A DNA stretch of 58,758 nt, filler included, from Sphacelaria rigidula (GCA_964200075.2; 3 parts of 3 records of this genome joined end to end with filler, not necessarily neighbours in it), one strand, 5' to 3'. Counted from the first letter of the whole stretch, positions 37,201 through 49,399 are shown. Notes: generated from the sequence alone by a model not told the origin. Made by a program: numbers and translations.

Positions 37201-38587
37201 ACAAGTGATCTGCAGCCACATCACTCTTGCGTTGTTGGGCAATGGTACTGAAATAGACTCGATATTGATCCTCCGGAACGAATGTGTTTTCCGAAGGGCC
37301 GTCGTGGCACGGGGGCTTTTGCAGGGCGTGTGGTGCAGTAGACGAAAGTTGGATTTCGTACACAGTCAGGGATGGACGACGCCTAGGAAAGGAAGTGGAT
37401 GTGGATGTTTGCAATAATTGTTTGAAGCTCTGAGAAACAGGGGAGAAATAGTCCTGATCGGATTGCAATTTTGACGGCACAGCCGGGGTTTGTCCGGCAT
37501 CATGAGACACACATGCAGGGCGTAGCGGGTTTACTGTCCCAACAGATGTCAACGCCACTTTATTCCTCAACATAGATTCCGAGGGGTCGGTAGGAAGCGG
37601 TGCTGATCTGTTCGGGATCTGGGAAACACCGACCTGTTCTACGACAATGCTTTCATCCGCTGTGCCCGGCACCCGGGCACCTTCTTGGTGGGCGGATGCA
37701 GCGGCAACTACAGGTTTATTTACAGTGTCATCCGGAAAAGCCTTCTCCTGGTGTCGCGTATAGCGCACTCTAGAGCCGGCTGTTCCAGGGGCTGTTGGGA
37801 AGTTGGCAAGGTCAGTCCGTTCGTGGCTACACGCGTGGCGCTTGATCGGCACTATCGCTTGAGGTTCCTTCCCAACCCGCTGAGCTACGGAAAGCAAGGG
37901 TTCGGCACTGGCGCGCGTAGTGCACGAAACATTACGCTCACCAAACAAGAGGGGACCGGGCACACGCGGAATTTCGCACGCATGCGTTACCGTGTTCGAC
38001 TGGACTCCTGAGTCCTTCTCGGGGCTGGGGAGTCTCTGTAAACGTTGCATCCTACGATGAACGGTCGTAGGGGTAACAGCTACCGTATCAGAAGATGTAC
38101 CTGCTTCTAAGGCGGTAGGCGCTACGCTACACGACTGCCGATCCCGCGGGGCGATCGGATCCAACTGGCATTGATTACTACCACTCGGAAATACAACTGG
38201 GTGATCAGATCCAGTATGAAAACACTGAGGTTGGTCATTGCGCATTTGGGAGCCATGCAATGTTGCACGGGACTGTGCTGTCATGGGAACCGTCATGACA
38301 GAACGGTCAACGCTAGCGTACCCACACCACAAGCGAGAACCCACACTGGCCGACAAGGATTTTGTGAAGTGATGATGGTGCACTGGCTGAGTGAAAGCAA
38401 ATATATTGCCGCGGTTTGTTGTTGAGGGCTGTTGGGGCCCGACTGTGGACCTGTGGTCGACAATGGGGTTCGAAGTAGAAGTGTTATCAAAATGTAAAGA
38501 GGGTGACGGCGAAGTTTTACAAGCGGTCACACACGCAGAGGTACCCCGTCGGTGATTTGGAAGCGCAGGGTGTTGTGCGTTTCCCAA
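37052..38587 (-). CDS. Gypsy 5' ORF (gag position), Pro/Ser/Thr-rich, ends in protease active-site remnant
   Basis: 511 open codons directly upstream of pol; no zinc knuckle or capsid motif recognised. Confidence 0.5.
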   Translation of the reverse strand: MGNAQHPALPNHRRGTSACVTACKTSPSPSLHFDNTSTSNPIVDHRSTVGPQQPSTTNRGNIFAFTQPVHHHHFTKSLSASVGSRLWCGYASVDRSVMTVPMTAQSRATLHGSQMRNDQPQCFHTGSDHPVVFPSGSNQCQLDPIAPRDRQSCSVAPTALEAGTSSDTVAVTPTTVHRRMQRLQRLPSPEKDSGVQSNTVTHACEIPRVPGPLLFGERNVSCTTRASAEPLLSVAQRVGKEPQAIVPIKRHACSHERTDLANFPTAPGTAGSRVRYTRHQEKAFPDDTVNKPVVAAASAHQEGARVPGTADESIVVEQVGVSQIPNRSAPLPTDPSESMLRNKVALTSVGTVNPLRPACVSHDAGQTPAVPSKLQSDQDYFSPVSQSFKQLLQTSTSTSFPRRRPSLTVYEIQLSSTAPHALQKPPCHDGPSENTFVPEDQYRVYFSTIAQQRKSDVAADHLSEYRPDLVSGTALMDDASFTTRIGIHSGVHATHPLMAVALPTLARHKLS

Positions 38588-39140
38588 ACACCGTCAGGTG
38601 GTACGTTTGGCATCGGTAGAGTCGTGGGTTCCATTCTGGCGGGCTGTATTCGGGGCAGTAGATGTGTTTGTGGGGGGGCTAGGAGTACTAGTGTTTATTC
38701 ACACTTACGCTCTCATCAACATCACAACGTTCTGGTTCGTCTTTTCATCACTCGTCTCACTACGCGTGGTTGATTAGTACGGTCGGTCACCACTGTCTGT
38801 AGGGAGTGCACCGTCCTTTGTGACATCGTGTTCCAATGAAGTCGAAGGGCGGTTGATATCAGATTGGCTAGTACACGTGCGCAATTGCGCCAGATCGTTA
38901 ACGTAGAGATGCGGAGTTGAAAAGTGAACGCTTCGTCGTGAGAGACAGCACAGTTGTTGAGGACTGAGGCGGAGCGAACAAAAATAAACGAAATAGAGTG
39001 GCAGGGTACTGTTGACAGTTTTCGATCGACATGTGGATCCGCGCACTCCGCACATGTAGCGGTCTATCACCTTTTGACAACAAATTGTGAGAATTGAGGT
39101 TTAACTTCGAGATGAGGCTCAAGCCTAAAACAGTGCTTTC

Positions 39141-39240
39141 NNNNNNNNNNNNNNNNNNNNNNNNNNNNNNNNNNNNNNNNNNNNTTAATTAATTAANNNN
39201 NNNNNNNNNNNNNNNNNNNNNNNNNNNNNNNNNNNNNNNN
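39141..39240. other. Artificial scaffold linker
   Basis: Identical 100-bp N-TTAATTAATTAA-N spacer. Confidence 0.95.
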
Positions 39241-39292
39241 TTCTTTTTTGTTTGGCGGTGGAGGTTGTTGTGGGGGGGGCGGGGCGTGGGGG

Positions 39293-39329
<37 letters not shown>

Positions 39330-40541
39330 GCCGCTCGCTTGCCGATCTTGGCAGCAGAAAGAAGCGATCGCAGGAGGGGGCAAGTTTCGTCCTGGGCATA
39401 CGAGTAAGCATTTCTATCCATTGTAGTTTATCAACGCACATAGCGAGAAATATCCAGTAACAAGCTCGACCAAACAACTGGACGGTAGCAGCTTCGTGCA
39501 ATCGCGCCCATTGTTACCGTATGTGTCAGCGGACGTTATATCCTGTGTGGACGGGACGCACTCCGCCGGCACCTCCAATACTCGCGCGATTATTACCACC
39601 GAGACTCGTTGTCAGTTCTTTCACAATGTCGACCACACTCCAGTGGTGTAGTTGCCTGTTCCAGCTAGTGTGATTACCATTTCTCGCAAATCTCGGTCAC
39701 AACTGACAAAGCGCGGGCGATACTTACGTCGTGTCGCCGGAAACCTCCGGGGATGATGGCAACATTTTTGCGGTGTAGCAACATGTCAAAACTGGTGCCC
39801 ACACCATCAGACAATCTTGTGGAACCTCAAACTTCGACGTTACTGCAACCAACAGTACCAGTAGGTGTCGGCGACGGTGGCGGAGGTGTCGGGTACAGTC
39901 GTCCGAGTAGTACATGGGTGACACTACCACCCACACGTGATGATCGTCGACACCTGGGGTACCGGCACCTTTACTACAAACCCTTTCATGGCCGTTAGTA
40001 CTGGACCCTTTGGCGGCACTGTCATCCGGTAGAAGCGACGGTGTCAACGGGAGGTATCGGAGTTGTCGATGACAGTTACGAAAGTGGGGGTGGCACTTCC
40101 ATCCTGTCCGCCATGATTGCGAATTTTCGCCAACGATTCTGAGTTGGTGCCGACAATTGATAGCGTAGTTGCGCCTCACACTGCGGTCGACGAAATCTCG
40201 CGGTGTAGTCTACACCTGTCGCATATCTTCGACACGTATGCAGACCTCGACCACAGCACGTGCATCGCCGGGCTCGCCGCAGAGGTGCCGAAGCAAGCGA
40301 CGGAGGTCCTGTTGATACTATCGAAAGTGCTGCGGGAAGAGTTGATTTCACCGACAACAGCGGCATCGACGTTTCAAGTCTCTTGTCCACACGTACTGCA
40401 AGTGTCGTCAAGACTCCTCACCCATCGCTTGTTGTGGCGGCAGGTACAGACGGGATCGTCTCTTACTGCAACCACGTCGATAATGACGACCTGACGGGAC
40501 TCTTGTATGACCGCTCTTCTCTGAACTTGCGCATGAATCAG

Positions 40542-40620
40542 CAAGGAGGAGCGATATACAGCAGGTGTGCTGAAGGCACTGGAGGTGGTGGGTGAAAATG
40601 ACGACTTGTACATGTCGAGG
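40542..40620 (+). CDS. Gene B exon (coiled-coil-like)
   Basis: atcag|KEERYTAGVLKALEVVGENDDLYMSR|gtgagg, phase 2/0. Confidence 0.5.
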
Positions 40621-41171
40621 GTGAGGCGGGCTGTGCACGTGATGGGTCGCAAGCCAATGAGGGGAAAATACGACGGTTCGGTTTTTGCGCGAACTATGAA
40701 AAGCACGACGGAGCGGAGTAAGAACGGAAGGTATGGCGAGCGAGGTAGGAGCCGCCAGTCACTCGGCAAACAGCCAGCACCGACGTCGGGCTCCGAACTA
40801 TTTACAGATGCCACCCTGAGGGTTCGCTATATTCCCCAGCAAACGTGGGCGTCAGCTTTGGCTTGCGCAGAATGAGATACGAGCCAGTACCGTTGTTTCA
40901 CTCGAATTGGGAGAACCTGTAGGTGAAGTTTTGGAGATGTTTCCAAGGGTTCGGTGTATCGATACGCGTGTACGTTGGGAATCTTGTTAGTGGCGGAATC
41001 CGACGGGTGAACAAGACGTTTCGGAGATAACGCGGCATAATAGCAATACAAATAGAATAAATAAGGTATGGTCGGATAGGGAGTTTGCGCAGGGTAGCTC
41101 ACGGCTAGCTTGATCCGACCAGCGGTACCAAATTTGGCGCCACGAAGACGATGAACACGCTCATTACCAAG

Positions 41172-41315
41172 GCATATTTCGAGTGTCAGCAGGCGTATTG
41201 GGATTGGACGCAAAGCATCGCTCCTCTGACGAACCACTCGCTTGTGTTTCAAGTGCACCATCAGGCGCACCTCACAAAGATCTTCCCTAAACTGAAAACT
41301 CACGGCGACAATGCC
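41172..41315 (+). CDS. Gene B exon
   Basis: ccaag|AYFECQQAYWDWTQSIAPLTNHSLVFQVHHQAHLTKIFPKLKTHGDNA|gtaggt, phase 0/0. Confidence 0.55.
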
Positions 41316-42083
41316 GTAGGTGCACCCCCCCGCGCGCGCCTTATGTGCTGGTCGGGTCTATGTCTAGTGGTTTCTACCTCGACCGTTTCTTTTGGATATC
41401 GGTGGTTGATAGACCATCTTTTTTATATACACCAACCCTGCGCTGCAGAATAGCATCGCTGACCCCAGTCAAACCCCAACTCTGACGTATGCCTTGACCC
41501 TATCCACTTTCAGCGATATGAGATGATACTTCGATCTCACCCATTCCGAATCGCAAAATTACCTTAGAGCTACACGGTACAGGTTCTCCTCCTCCCAAGG
41601 AAGCCCGCGTCCCTCCCCCATGATAAACACTGCACCCTCCCGTCGTGCTGGTTTCCGCAGAAAAAAAATCCAACGACTCTCGAAACGCGCCCACGACAGT
41701 GACTGTATTACTCACGCATTCGTTGTAGCACACTCTATGTGTGGCGTATTAGTTGTGAGGGTATCCCGGTGATATAGGTGGGTAGCTAGACACACAGACA
41801 CAATACCAAAAACAGGCCGGTAGTCAGAAAAAGAAACACACATAGACAAGGTGAGATGAATGGGCGAGCGGAATGACGGGCAAACCGTTTAACCGTCGCC
41901 GACCTATATAGCAAAAACAGCAACACTTCTTCCACAGCAGCGGTGTAAATATGGTGATGTGGTGCACGGGTGTTCAGCCGCCTTCATCGATTTTGAAAAT
42001 GCTAGTGTGCGTTTCTAACCCTTGTTTACGGCGTGCTCAAGGCGCTGTGCCTTGCACCGGCGTTTCTTCTCTTATCGCTGCAG

Positions 42084-42227
42084 TTCATCGAAATCCAGCG
42101 GACGTAATCAAACTCGAGCAGCTTGTCAAGACAAGGACAGTGGGCGGCGGGGTGGACTGTCGGACGGAGTGGTCAGCCTCGTTTCGCGTGGCTCCTTGCT
42201 GGCTGCTGTTCTCACCATACTTCACAG
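42084..42227 (+). CDS. Possible gene B exon
   Basis: Polypyrimidine tract and ctgcag|...|gttagg; phase-2 frame ends VVSLVSRGSLLAAVLTILH; frame link to the upstream exon unresolved. Confidence 0.4.
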
Positions 42228-43034
42228 GTTAGGTACCGCGACAAAAACCAGTCGAATACCAGTATGTTTTCGACAAGTGTACAGCGACGCCATTTGAGTG
42301 CTGTCCCTGATACGTTAATGGAAATCCCGACAGTGCTAAGCCGCAAGCTTTGTCTAGCTAGGAGATACCTTTTGAGGAGAATCTCAAAACGTGGGCTGCA
42401 TGTGGCGTCTCATGCAGGTAGTATGTCTGTCGTGTGCCAGTCGATCGTTGACGCAATCCTATCACACCCTCGACAATGGATAATAGACGTTGCAGTGAGA
42501 ATAGAAGTTTCTGCATCAAACGACAATATTTTCGTCGGTGATGGCTGTCGGTCGAGAGATTTCTGTTTGTTGTCGTAGGTCAGGTCTATCAATAGACTCA
42601 CTGCCCGTACTGTTGCCCGGTCAGTAATCTACTATGGCCCTGCACCGAAAGTTATTGCGGCCGACCAAATATTTCGATGAGTAGATTCCCAAATCTACTG
42701 ATGACGGCGATGGCAATCGATAGACTGTGTGCTAGTTCTATTGACGGCTACGGCTATTGATAGATTGTGTTCCAAATCCATTGATGACGGCAATGACTAT
42801 CGATACGTATGTCCCAGAGTTTATTGCGGTTTACGATGCCCATCGATGGCCAGTGATCTTAATCTATTGCAATTGCGATAAACTGTGATCGACGCTTTCA
42901 ACATCAAGTGTCCCTTGCAATTAATATCAATAGACAGTTCACAATCTTCTGTGTCCGAGTATATCTATAATCCGGAAGATGCTTCCCCGCGTCTACTGTT
43001 GAAGCAATGGACCATTGTTGTGTCCATTATCCAG

Positions 43035-43163
43035 ATTGTGAAACGTATATATTCTTCTGGTCCCGATCGGCCGGCGGACGGGCAAAGTGTACCCATACCT
43101 CTCCTACACGACTTCAACTACGGCAGGTACCAAGGTGAAAGCGCTTCACGGGTGGTCGTACAT
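43035..43163 (+). CDS. Possible gene B exon (frame ambiguous)
   Basis: tccag|...|gtaagg; open in phase 0 (IVKRIYSSGP...ASRVVVH); phase 2 gives L*NVYILLVPIGRRTGKVYPYL with TGA at 43039. Confidence 0.4.
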
Positions 43164-43891
43164 GTAAGGCGTAATCAAAAATAGTTGGCATCCAAGTTTG
43201 CGTCGAGTGTTCTTGCGTAGGGGCGGAGGGAGATAAGAAGATCTGCACAGAATGTTTGATTGAAGTACGAATGAAAAATGTACTTTTTGTAACGCTTGAA
43301 TATCTCTACGACTACCCGCTATTCTATTGTAGTACACGATATCCGCTTTTCATGACGTTCCTGGATCTCGGATAAGGTGAAAAGCAGCGTGAAATGAAAT
43401 GCAAAACGGATGTTCCTAGATATAGACGGGTTTACAAAGATCACATTCCGCAAAATCAAGCTGGCGATCCATACATATACGACCCGATTCACTCTATACG
43501 CACGTTGTTGAACCCTTGCATAACCTACCATAACTAAGGGACGTCATGAAATGTGGATAGCATGTACCAGTGGCGAGCGTGATACACGTCTGATGTTACT
43601 GAACGTACGATTTGAAATGACTGCGGGTACGATGCACCAAGCCCTTAACGAAGTCAATAACCAATGAGATTATGTTGACCCTTGCAGCGTCTACGAGGAA
43701 AGCAGAGGCCAGCGCAGGGGTCGAAAATGCTGGGGAAAACAGGTTTGGCTTTATGTTTCGTGGGAGTTTCATTTTGGCTTTGTAATGTTTCGTTTTGGAT
43801 GTAGTTCTGGGTTTGGTTTTTACTTCGACATTTGTTGTGGTACGATGGGAACTATTTTGAAGGAACTGCTTTCGCCGCGGTCGAGAGTCAT

Positions 43892-43960
43892 GGGGGGGGG
43901 TCTCATGATCTTGCACGCCGTAGTCATATGACCATTGACCTCGCATCCCTACAAAGCCGA
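43892..43960 (+). repeat. Dispersed repeat family E (G-run followed by CTCATGATCTTGCA)
   Basis: Near-identical to 58697-58758; weaker copies at about 75-135 and 5300-5355. Confidence 0.7.
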
Positions 43961-45298
43961 GACAGAGTCCCCCTAGTTTTCGTCGGACCGGACTCGCAAG
44001 CAATCACCAAGCGCGAAGCGCCGTGATGTGCCCGGCAAGTCACATGAAGGATGAGCTACTTCCTGCTAAGATTGTTCGGCCCGACGCATATTGATTATCT
44101 TGCATTCGGATGACAGCCTCCAATGAGTTGCTTCATTTTCTGGCATCGCCACCTCCAGAGACAGCCACGGCTCACCCACTACCTCAGTAGTGTCTCACCA
44201 CTTGAACACTACGTAGTACGATTATCCCCTTCTCGCGGAATGGAGGCTCTCCCACCCCGCACAATATGATTTAGGTCGACCACCATCATGGTTGCTTCAA
44301 AAAAGACGCAATCGCGCAACCAAAACGGGGACCTTTTGACCTGGTTTACGCGGTGAGTGGGGTGTTTTACAGAGTCATTGCCAACCGACGCCAACCCCAA
44401 GTGGGGCGGGGAGCGGGGGATTTGATACCATGATACTAGCCGGAATAAAAGGAGTGATCTGGAATATTTTAATAGTCTGTTCGGGGCTTGGGGTTGAACA
44501 TTCTCTGATATATCGGAAGGAATGTGGCCAGGTTGTAACCTGGAGTGTACCCTCGCGAGCAGGAAAGCTCCCGACCGGTACGTCGAGTGAAGATTTTATT
44601 AGTCTAGGGTGTCAAGAAATGTTTGATATCTATTCGGGTTTAAAACATGGAGCTGAGGTCGAACCTGGAAACTGGCAAGCATAGATGTTTAGGTAGTCGA
44701 CATGCTCTACGCACTTGAAGAAAATGCCCGCTGGAAGAAAAAGGAAATCAGGAGGGCCGTTGCCATATGGCGTTGCTCGGTGAACATGAAGGGCCGTATT
44801 GGGTCAGGGAAGCAGTTCCCAGAGAAGAAAAATTTCCAATGGTAGCACTGTTATTATTTTTTTGTGAGATTGGCCCACTCCGCATCGGTCCTGCACTCAT
44901 GCATCGTTCGGTTCATCTGTTTACATAGAAATGAACGTTTTGCTTTTTTCGGGGTACTTGTAATTTGGTATGCTTGAACTTGTTTCCTAACAGAGAAGAA
45001 TTGGTCGAAGGGTGTAACGATGGGCTTATATATTTCGCAAGGTTCTTCTTAGCATAGTGACAAATGATTTCCGCGTTCAATATCAGCAATTGGAAATGAA
45101 GGAGAGAGACCAACCGCCAATTTTTGGATACCGCCTTTCGTTTCATGTTCTGAGTTAACGTCCTGATAGTGTAAAGATAGAAACAGATGGAATTGGAGGT
45201 CTTGATTCTTACTTGGTTGAAGCAAGCATTTGGAACCTGTATGACCTCATTCATTGCCTGCGGTTGAAATTCTAGGAAATGTGAAAGGAAAGAGTTTG

Positions 45299-45705
45299 AT
45301 GGCGATTACGTATCGTAGAGGTAGCATGAAGGGATTGAGGTTGCAGGTGTTCACTGATGCCGACTACGCGAGTAAGGCAGGTGATGGGCGGTCGGTGTCA
45401 GGGTGGCTAATGATGTACTGAAGTGAATTTGTGTTTTGGTTTTCGAGGACGAAGGGAGGACGTTTGAGGTCGATTCGGCGTTTCACGATGCCGCAGGTAG
45501 GAATGCCGTGCATTCCCGTGCTCGAGGATAATCAGGGAGCTATTCAGCTTGCACGGAATCCCATGACGTGCGACACTATTGTATCAGAGAGCTGGTCGCG
45601 AGGAACGAGATTTCGGTGATCTATGTAGCATCGGAGTTTCACCACCCAGACGTGTTGACGAAGATGTTGCCGACAGAGTGTTTTGAGCTTCATCGTACTT
45701 TGTGG
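45299..45705 (+). pseudogene. Second, diverged copia RNase H relic
   Basis: LQVFTDADYASKAGDGRSVSG, WFSRT, EDNQGAIQLARNP, RHYCIRELV, DVLTK, with stops and deletions. Confidence 0.88.
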
Positions 45706-46681
45706 GAATTGTCCAACATAGTATCTTGGCGTTTCTTATCTGATTTGATTTGGTTCGATCTGAATTGAAATTAGATCTGGAGTCATATTTCAACTGAAGA
45801 AGTAGGAGTAAAATAACACAGTACTACTTCGAGTTTTCATTCGCAGTGTCTATTTTCATGTCCATTTTCAAGGAAATGTTTTCTGTGCAACGCAGGGTAA
45901 CCACCGGTAGCGTTTATGCGGAGCCTGGGTGCAGCACTGCCGTACAATCATCTTTGTAAGTGACGACTGAAGACTATCGCCCGATGACGCTGGTCCCGTA
46001 GGCGGTACGTCCACATGATTTTCATGGATACGGCAAGTTCTGATTGTCATATGGACGGTGCATTTTAAATGGTTTCGAGTGTTAAAAATTTCGAGTGCCA
46101 CGGGAATGTCACCAAGAATATGGAGTAGGCTAAGCGGATTTCGACTGTGCTCATTGCGTTTGTTGCTGCGGTTTCTCGTTGTTTTCAACGGGGGTTGAGT
46201 TGATGGTAACGAGCTAAGGTTGCAATTTGCAGTTGAGTAATGCCACAGTAGGAGTGCACTTTTCAGTCCAAAAGTTTTTCGAGGCTGCATACTGAGGCCC
46301 AAATATTGTCATCGACCGGCTCCTACAACAAAGAGCCTCAGGGAAAAAAAAATGCACCCCTACTGTGGCATTGCTCAGTTCAAGTTTCTGCTAGTGTATT
46401 GACGGGCGTAAAACGTCATGTAAGCAAAAGGCATTGATACATTGCGCAGCGTTGAGGAGGGGGTTCAGGACCTGAATTTTCAATCGCAAAGTTAGGTGAG
46501 TTGGCGGCGTATGTACGCGGCTGCAATGATTTCTTTTCCCGGCGAGTTCAGATTTATTTTTCAGTTCTTGAAACTGTAGTGTTGGGTATAACCGTACGGC
46601 GATATTGTTTTCCTTGTTTCTAGGGTAAATGTTGTTTTGCGCTACTATATTCTCAGGATGAACAAAAATAACCCCACACTA

Positions 46682-47512
46682 CCTCGGTGGCTCAGTTGGT
46701 AACCTCGAATCATTCTGACGGTTGGGTCGTGGGTTCGGAACTTGGTGAAGCTACATGACCTGCGTTTTGTTCTCACATTGTGCTCAACAATCGAGAGCGA
46801 CTCCTTCATGGATACACAAAATTCAACCTTACGATCGACGAAGAAAAGGGACCTTTGAACTCCTCCTGCAATAAGGGATAAGACAAGCCCCGCAGAGGAA
46901 GGTAAAGTAATAAATCACAAAAATAATGATAAATTCGTGTGGTGGCTTTTCTCCTGTGTGACCCTGGCTGAGGCGCCCACATGTACCGACACGTAACACT
47001 ATATTCGTGAGATTCAGAGTGTAACATCGGATTCAGAGTGAGACCCGAAACAATTGACTTTCCCGTCGACGTTGACATCGCCACAGTTCGAGGAGTAATG
47101 CGCCCAGCTGGTGAAGCGGTGGCTTCAATGAAAGCTGTCACCTACCCGATCATTTAACACATCACCTGATCGCAACGGCGTTCAGTCCATTGCAACAAAC
47201 GAATCAGTCCATTGCAACAAATGATCCCCTCTTTCAGGAAGAACCGATTAGTGCCTGAAACAGTTTCAGTTCCGAAATGCCCCCCCAGGCGTGAAAATGT
47301 TTTGTGCGGTATCGCACCAACCAGACCGCCGAATTCCTCGAATGGGGTACTGTACGGTAGCTGTATGCACAGGACGTGTGCTCAAGCAAAAAAAAACGTT
47401 GCCTGTAAGGAACGCTCGAGCATCCACTCTGAATCCGATATTACGCTCTGAATGTCACGAATATGGTGTCACGTGTAGACTGGCGTCCAGGATAGATGGG
47501 ATGACAACACAC
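46682..47512 (+). mobile_element. SINE family 1 copy split by a TIR element
   Basis: A box at 46688; tail resumes at 47471 (ACGTGTAGACTGGCGTCCAGGATAGATGGGATGACAACAC). Confidence 0.8.
46995..47470. mobile_element. TIR element/MITE with 4-bp TSD ACGT
   Basis: About 46-bp TIR (A/G)ACAC(T/C)ATATTCGTGA(G/C)ATTCAGAG..ATCGGATTCAGAGTG; ACGT on both flanks. Confidence 0.85.
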
Positions 47513-48039
47513 TATTACGACTTAGCGGCGAGCAGGGGGGCTGATCGGTGATGCTCGCACTCAGTCCTGTATATATTTATATATATATTAATGCATACAA
47601 GGGATGGACTGAATAAAAATATATGGATCAGGTACTGGTAAATTGGATAATGACACATCAGGGGATTGCGGGGAGTGGGGACATTTTGCGGATCGAGAAA
47701 TTACAACGTCCTGAAATGACGTATGCCCGACGTGAAGCGTGCAATATATTCATGGATGGCATATGCTGAGACATGTATCCCTTCTCTTCCCGGCTTGTTT
47801 TTTGTGTTGATTGATTCCTCCGGGGACCTAGATAATTCAGTCTATTTTGAGTGTGTATGTTGTGTCTTTGTTCGCGTCTCCAACACCGATCTGATTGGAT
47901 CGCTTTGCTTTTTCCCAGTACAACGGTACTCATACACTGAGCAATCAATTACCCGATCCGGCCGTCGGCTCACATCTTATATTGTTCTTGTACCACAACG
48001 TTCTCCTGCCCTCCACTCGTTTGCCTTCGCATCACCCAG

Positions 48040-48196
48040 CTACCTTGTGCTATGGCAACTTGGGAAAACGTACGCGGTGCTGGTGGACGTTTCTCAAGAT
48101 GGGGACTGGATCAAGGAGGAGTTTTGTTTGTCGGCACCCGTGGGTCCGAGACCCAAGGGATGTCCCACCTGCAGCAACTCGCGATCCGACGAGTAG
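48040..48196 (+). CDS. Putative terminal exon of gene B
   Basis: Pyrimidine-rich acceptor cccag|YLVLWQLGKTYAVLVDVSQDGDWIKEEFCLSAPVGPRPKGCPTCSNSRSDE-TAG; candidate upstream exons at 45896-45955 and 47662-47720 both end in phase 2. Confidence 0.48.
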
Positions 48197-48415
48197 TACA
48201 CGATATCTTGTATATAGGGCACCCAAGATTCTTCTGCACTGTGCGTTGGGGAAGCGTAATGGTGCAGTATAATAACGCTTGCGTCCATTATTCGGAAGAC
48301 AGGACTACAAAACCCCTCCGATGCACTGTTGTGTTCGCATTTTTTCCCAGTCACCGACCGCGAGCGGTGGACGAGTAAGACTCACAAAGGGGTGCGCGTG
48401 TGCGTGTGCGTGTGC

Positions 48416-48469
<54 letters not shown>

Positions 48470-48722
48470 CCGTCCCATTGTTTCTGGATATGTATCTGCA
48501 CCTTCCTACGTGTATGGGCGCGCCCGCCGAGGTCACACAGGAGGAGGGATACACAGGAGGTATATTGTATTTCTTTCTCCACCTTCCTTCTGCGATGCTT
48601 GCCTTTATTCAATCGTGAGAAGGAATTGGTCGTCCCTTTCCTTCGCCGATAGTATGATCCAATTTCGTATATTCACGAAATAACCGCCCTCCACCGTTGG
48701 GTATATTGTGAGGGGAAACAAG

Positions 48723-48980
48723 CACGGGTCGGACGAATTGATTATTCGTCTGGAAATTACTTGGTTTTAGTGTAATTGATTCGTACCGTATGAATCAATC
48801 CTTGGGCTCTGTTTTCAGCGTTGCAACTCAGGTACGCGCAGCCCAGGCACATTGAATGGCGCAAAAATTGCGTGGAGAACTTTTTGACGAGCTTTAAACG
48901 TGTTTCTCTTTTTCGAGCAATCAGGCCTGAGAAATCGTGGACTTGGTGATTCAAACCGGCGATGATTCGTCCGAACCGTG
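48723..48980. mobile_element. MITE family A (CACGG termini)
   Basis: TIR CACGG(G/T)TCGGACGAAT; imperfect 8-bp flanks GAAACAAG/GAAAAGAG; internal hairpin ATTGATTC..GAATCAAT. Confidence 0.82.
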
Positions 48981-49067
48981 GAAAAGAGACAACCCGTGTG
49001 ACAGCATCGAGGATCGGACCACGACCTAACCGTCAGAAGAAGTTGTTCGAGTTTACCCCCTGAACCA

Positions 49068-49399
49068 CACACGCGGCCATTTGACTACCCCCCAAAATGC
49101 CTCCGGAGGAATGCGCGGCCCTCCAGAGGCAAAACAAGCCTCCAGAGACCTTCAACCCCTCTGGAGAAAACCAAACACTACCGACCTGGAGGGCCGCGCA
49201 TCCCTCCGGAGGAATTAGGGGGTAGCAAAATGCCTCCGGAGAGATGCGCTGCTCTCCAAAGGCAAAAGCAAGCCTCTGGAGGCGCTTAATCCCTCTGGAG
49301 AAACCAAAAAATCTCCTCCGGGGGCGTTTAATTCCTCTGGAGGCTCGAAAAGTTGACCGACCTGGAGGAATTTGGGGGGTAGCCAAATGGCCGCGTGTG
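49068..49399. mobile_element. MITE with CACACG termini and CCTCNNGAGG subterminal repeats
   Basis: TIR CACACGCGGCCATTTG(A/G)CTACCCCC; apparent 2-bp TSD CA within the SINE head. Confidence 0.82.

Larger units (their letters stand above)
30676..39140 (-). mobile_element. Ty3/gypsy chromovirus-type LTR retrotransposon, decayed; 5' end lost in scaffold gap
   Basis: PR-RT-IN-chromodomain order on minus strand; candidate 3' LTR at 30676-31362. Confidence 0.88.

Noticed and set aside
48279-48683. CVCV/HTHT repeat ORFs
   Set aside because: Translation of the (GT)n SINE tail
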